From positions 23,746,001-23,810,000 of the forward strand of contig OZ004608.1 of assembly GCA_963924565.1 (NCBI GenBank): 64,000 nucleotides of DNA, given 5' to 3'. Below are positions 61,799 to 64,000 of this stretch, in pieces. Made by a program: the position numbers and the translations under genes. Origin of the DNA: Ascidiella aspersa (lineage: Eukaryota). The notes beneath the pieces were generated by a model that did no database searches, had not been told where the DNA came from, and worked only from the letters and a program-made list of their open reading frames with translations. Numbering within the stretch: the first letter of the stretch is position 1; each line of letters starts with the position of its first letter.

Positions 61799-63547
61799 TT
61801 GTCGAGATCGTACCAGCTTATTTGCGTTGTTTCGAAAATCGTCTTGCGGTCTATATTGTGGCCCGCATTAGCGTGGTGGGATGGCTCAGCCCGGGGGGCA
61901 CGTCATCCAAACGGTATCCCGTGCTACCGGCCGGTGAATTGCACCGGTCTTAACAACCTGGCAATTGAAAAGATCATTATATTAAAAATCATTTTACACA
62001 AACCCAGCTTAAGTGTAACTTGAAAAGAAGGTACGAAATCATTTGGGGGCGTTATATGCAATTCTGAATTTTGGATAAACGAGTTACTAATAATGCTCAA
62101 TCCTGTTTATTTGTACTCGCTAAGCTCACTTGTAGTTGTGTGAACTTGAATTTGTTTTTTGAGTAACAAATATTAGGCAGTGAAATTGGGATGGTGAAAG
62201 TTCGGACAAACTGATCGGATATTATTACTCAACCTTTTAAAAAAATATTTAACCTTAAACGATTTCGGTGATCATATGAAATGTCATTCTATTCCAATTG
62301 GAAAACTCCAATCCGCTCAAACGATAACTTATTAATATACGGTGGTTATTTGTATCACTGTTAGTATACATCTCGGTATAAAAAAAGGGGGCTTTCGTTT
62401 TAATAAACGTTTAAAGTTAAACTATTACTATAAGGCAGGGGTGTCCAACATGAGGCACGCGTGCCAAATTTCGATCTAATAAAAATAGCACGCATACAGC
62501 CAATTGTCAAAAAAGCTAAATTTGTTGTTTATTCACAATACAAAACAATCCCAGCAATTACGACAACAAACAATTACTTCTGATATTATAACACTATAAT
62601 GAACTTATTTTTTGTATAAAAGCGCTTTTAACATTAGAAAAAAAATAGTTGCTAAACTTTGGCACGGGAAGAAGTTATAAGATAAAAATTGGCACGTCGG
62701 CATGTTTGAGTTGGACACTCCTGCTAAAAGGTATATTAGTAATTAAACGAATGTCTTAGAATTAGCAAATAACTAACTTACATTTTATCACTAGCCCTTC
62801 CCCAGTTATCAAGTTTTGGAAACAGTTTTCCACCCCGAGGTGACCAAAAAGGGCACATATTCTTTGACACGAAGTCATTAGCCAAATTGCAAATGACTGA
62901 TGGGTCTATTCCGGCTGAAATAAGAACGCAAGATAACGGACCAAGGAGAAAACGTGAACTGAGCCAAACCACTGTAAATGAAGTGGCCGCCTCCTTTAGC
63001 AGGCTTGGACTTATCATGCCTTGTACCATCGCCAGTTTTAAAGTAAGCTGCATTCTGTCGAAATTATTAAAAAAATATTACGTATAAGATTGTCCAATGA
63101 GCTCCTATATGACTAGCCAATTTCTTTTAATACAATGCAAAAACTTTTCTTTTCCGACTCAGAGAAAAAATACATTGGTTTACAACTTTTATATTTGGTG
63201 TTGTATTGGCAAAAAAGAGTATTTTTATTAAAAGAGCAAAGCGTTATTTAGTGATGCCGTTGGTGCAACTCCTTTTTATGTAGAACCTATTCTAATCCGT
63301 TTCGTTGTATGTTTTACTAAGATGACAGACACGCTGGGTTTGCCTGTGAACGTTATGTCAAACAAGAAAAAACATCTTGTTGACACAAGGAATTTCTGGA
63401 GGATGGAAGATAATAAACTTGAACTATTACGAGACATCTCACTGCTCAACTTTACTCTAAACTTTGGTTCGAACGGGTGTTTCTTTAATCCATCAGAAGT
63501 CGAGGTTGTAGTTAACCCTCCAAATGGTTGGTTAGACTCAGATCAAT
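61799..63547 (+). CDS. Exons encoding a second, diverged copy of the CBM2-like module (same gene or tandem paralog; continues beyond the window)
   Basis: Exons 61799-61933 (phase 1-1, less certain), 62795-63042 (1-0), 63322-63547 (0-1). RLGLIMPCTIASFK| and GCFFNPSEVEVV align with SLTVKLPCKPPLFQ| and ACRFNIEDVQII, with identical intron phases. Confidence 0.7.
62436..62723. mobile_element. hAT MITE with GGCACG subterminal repeats
   Basis: TIRs CAGGGGTGTCCAAC / GTTGGACACTCCTG; TSD ctataagg/ctaaaagg. Confidence 0.85.
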
Positions 63548-64000
63548 GTGAGTAAAGTTTATATTGGCCTTTTAAGCCTATTCCTGAAAATGATTAATAG
63601 CATTTCGGTATTTTTCAATTAGAGAGACAAGTTGGTCGTTAAAAATCTGTGGTGGGTCAGTGGTTCGCCATCCCTGGCCTATATCATCGAAAGTATAACG
63701 GCCCTATTCAAATTACAACTTTGCTGACTTCGATAAAATATATATCCATTTTTTCAACTATTTTTCATAAATAGTTTATATAATATGATAACATACTAGC
63801 AACAGGGTGACCCGCTTTTTGCGCGAATCTATAATGTTTTCGCAATAGGCTATTGCCGTTGTATTGTGTGTCGTCACACATTTTTAAATACAATTAACAT
63901 ATACAGTTAAATTTTGGCGCTTCGGGCTACATTGTTAGGCCTACGTGGTTTCTGCGCAGCCTTACAACTGTGGAGTCCGCAGCCTTACAAACTGTGAATG

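Noticed and set aside
62778-63054. Minus-strand ORF, and an alternative frame ending HLQFG* (amidated-peptide-like)
   Set aside because: Antisense to a + strand exon supported by splice phases and internal homology
1-64000. Autonomous transposase, tRNA, rRNA or histone stem-loop
   Set aside because: None recognised by eye; tRNAscan or Infernal would be needed to exclude them

Overview
Eukaryotic, intron-containing, AT-rich genomic DNA. It is most likely an invertebrate chordate, probably an ascidian; this is inferred from a single Elk1/3/4-type gene, short GT-AG introns, mosaic CpG depletion and abundant hAT MITEs. All gene models were spliced by hand. From left to right: (1) exon 1 of an ALDH1/2-type gene (-); (2) an 8-exon ANKRD63-like ankyrin gene (+); (3) a large (~937 aa) Elk/TCF ETS gene (-) with two mutually compatible first coding exons, inside a ~19 kb CpG-rich, ETS-site-rich domain with no recognisable MITE; (4) SFR1/Mei5 (+); (5) STARD7 (-), convergent with SFR1; (6) a ~690 aa Lys-rich, Cys-clustered H1/protamine-like gene nested antisense in STARD7 intron 5; (7) a secreted protein gene with a CBM2-like (cellulose-binding-type) domain, followed by a second, degenerate copy of that domain running off the window. 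More than a dozen non-autonomous hAT-type elements occur, many with 8-bp TSDs, several nested or stacked on the same target site. Most short ORFs in the supplied track are antisense or noise. The best novelty candidates are the giant nested H1/PL protein and the CBM2-like secreted protein(s).
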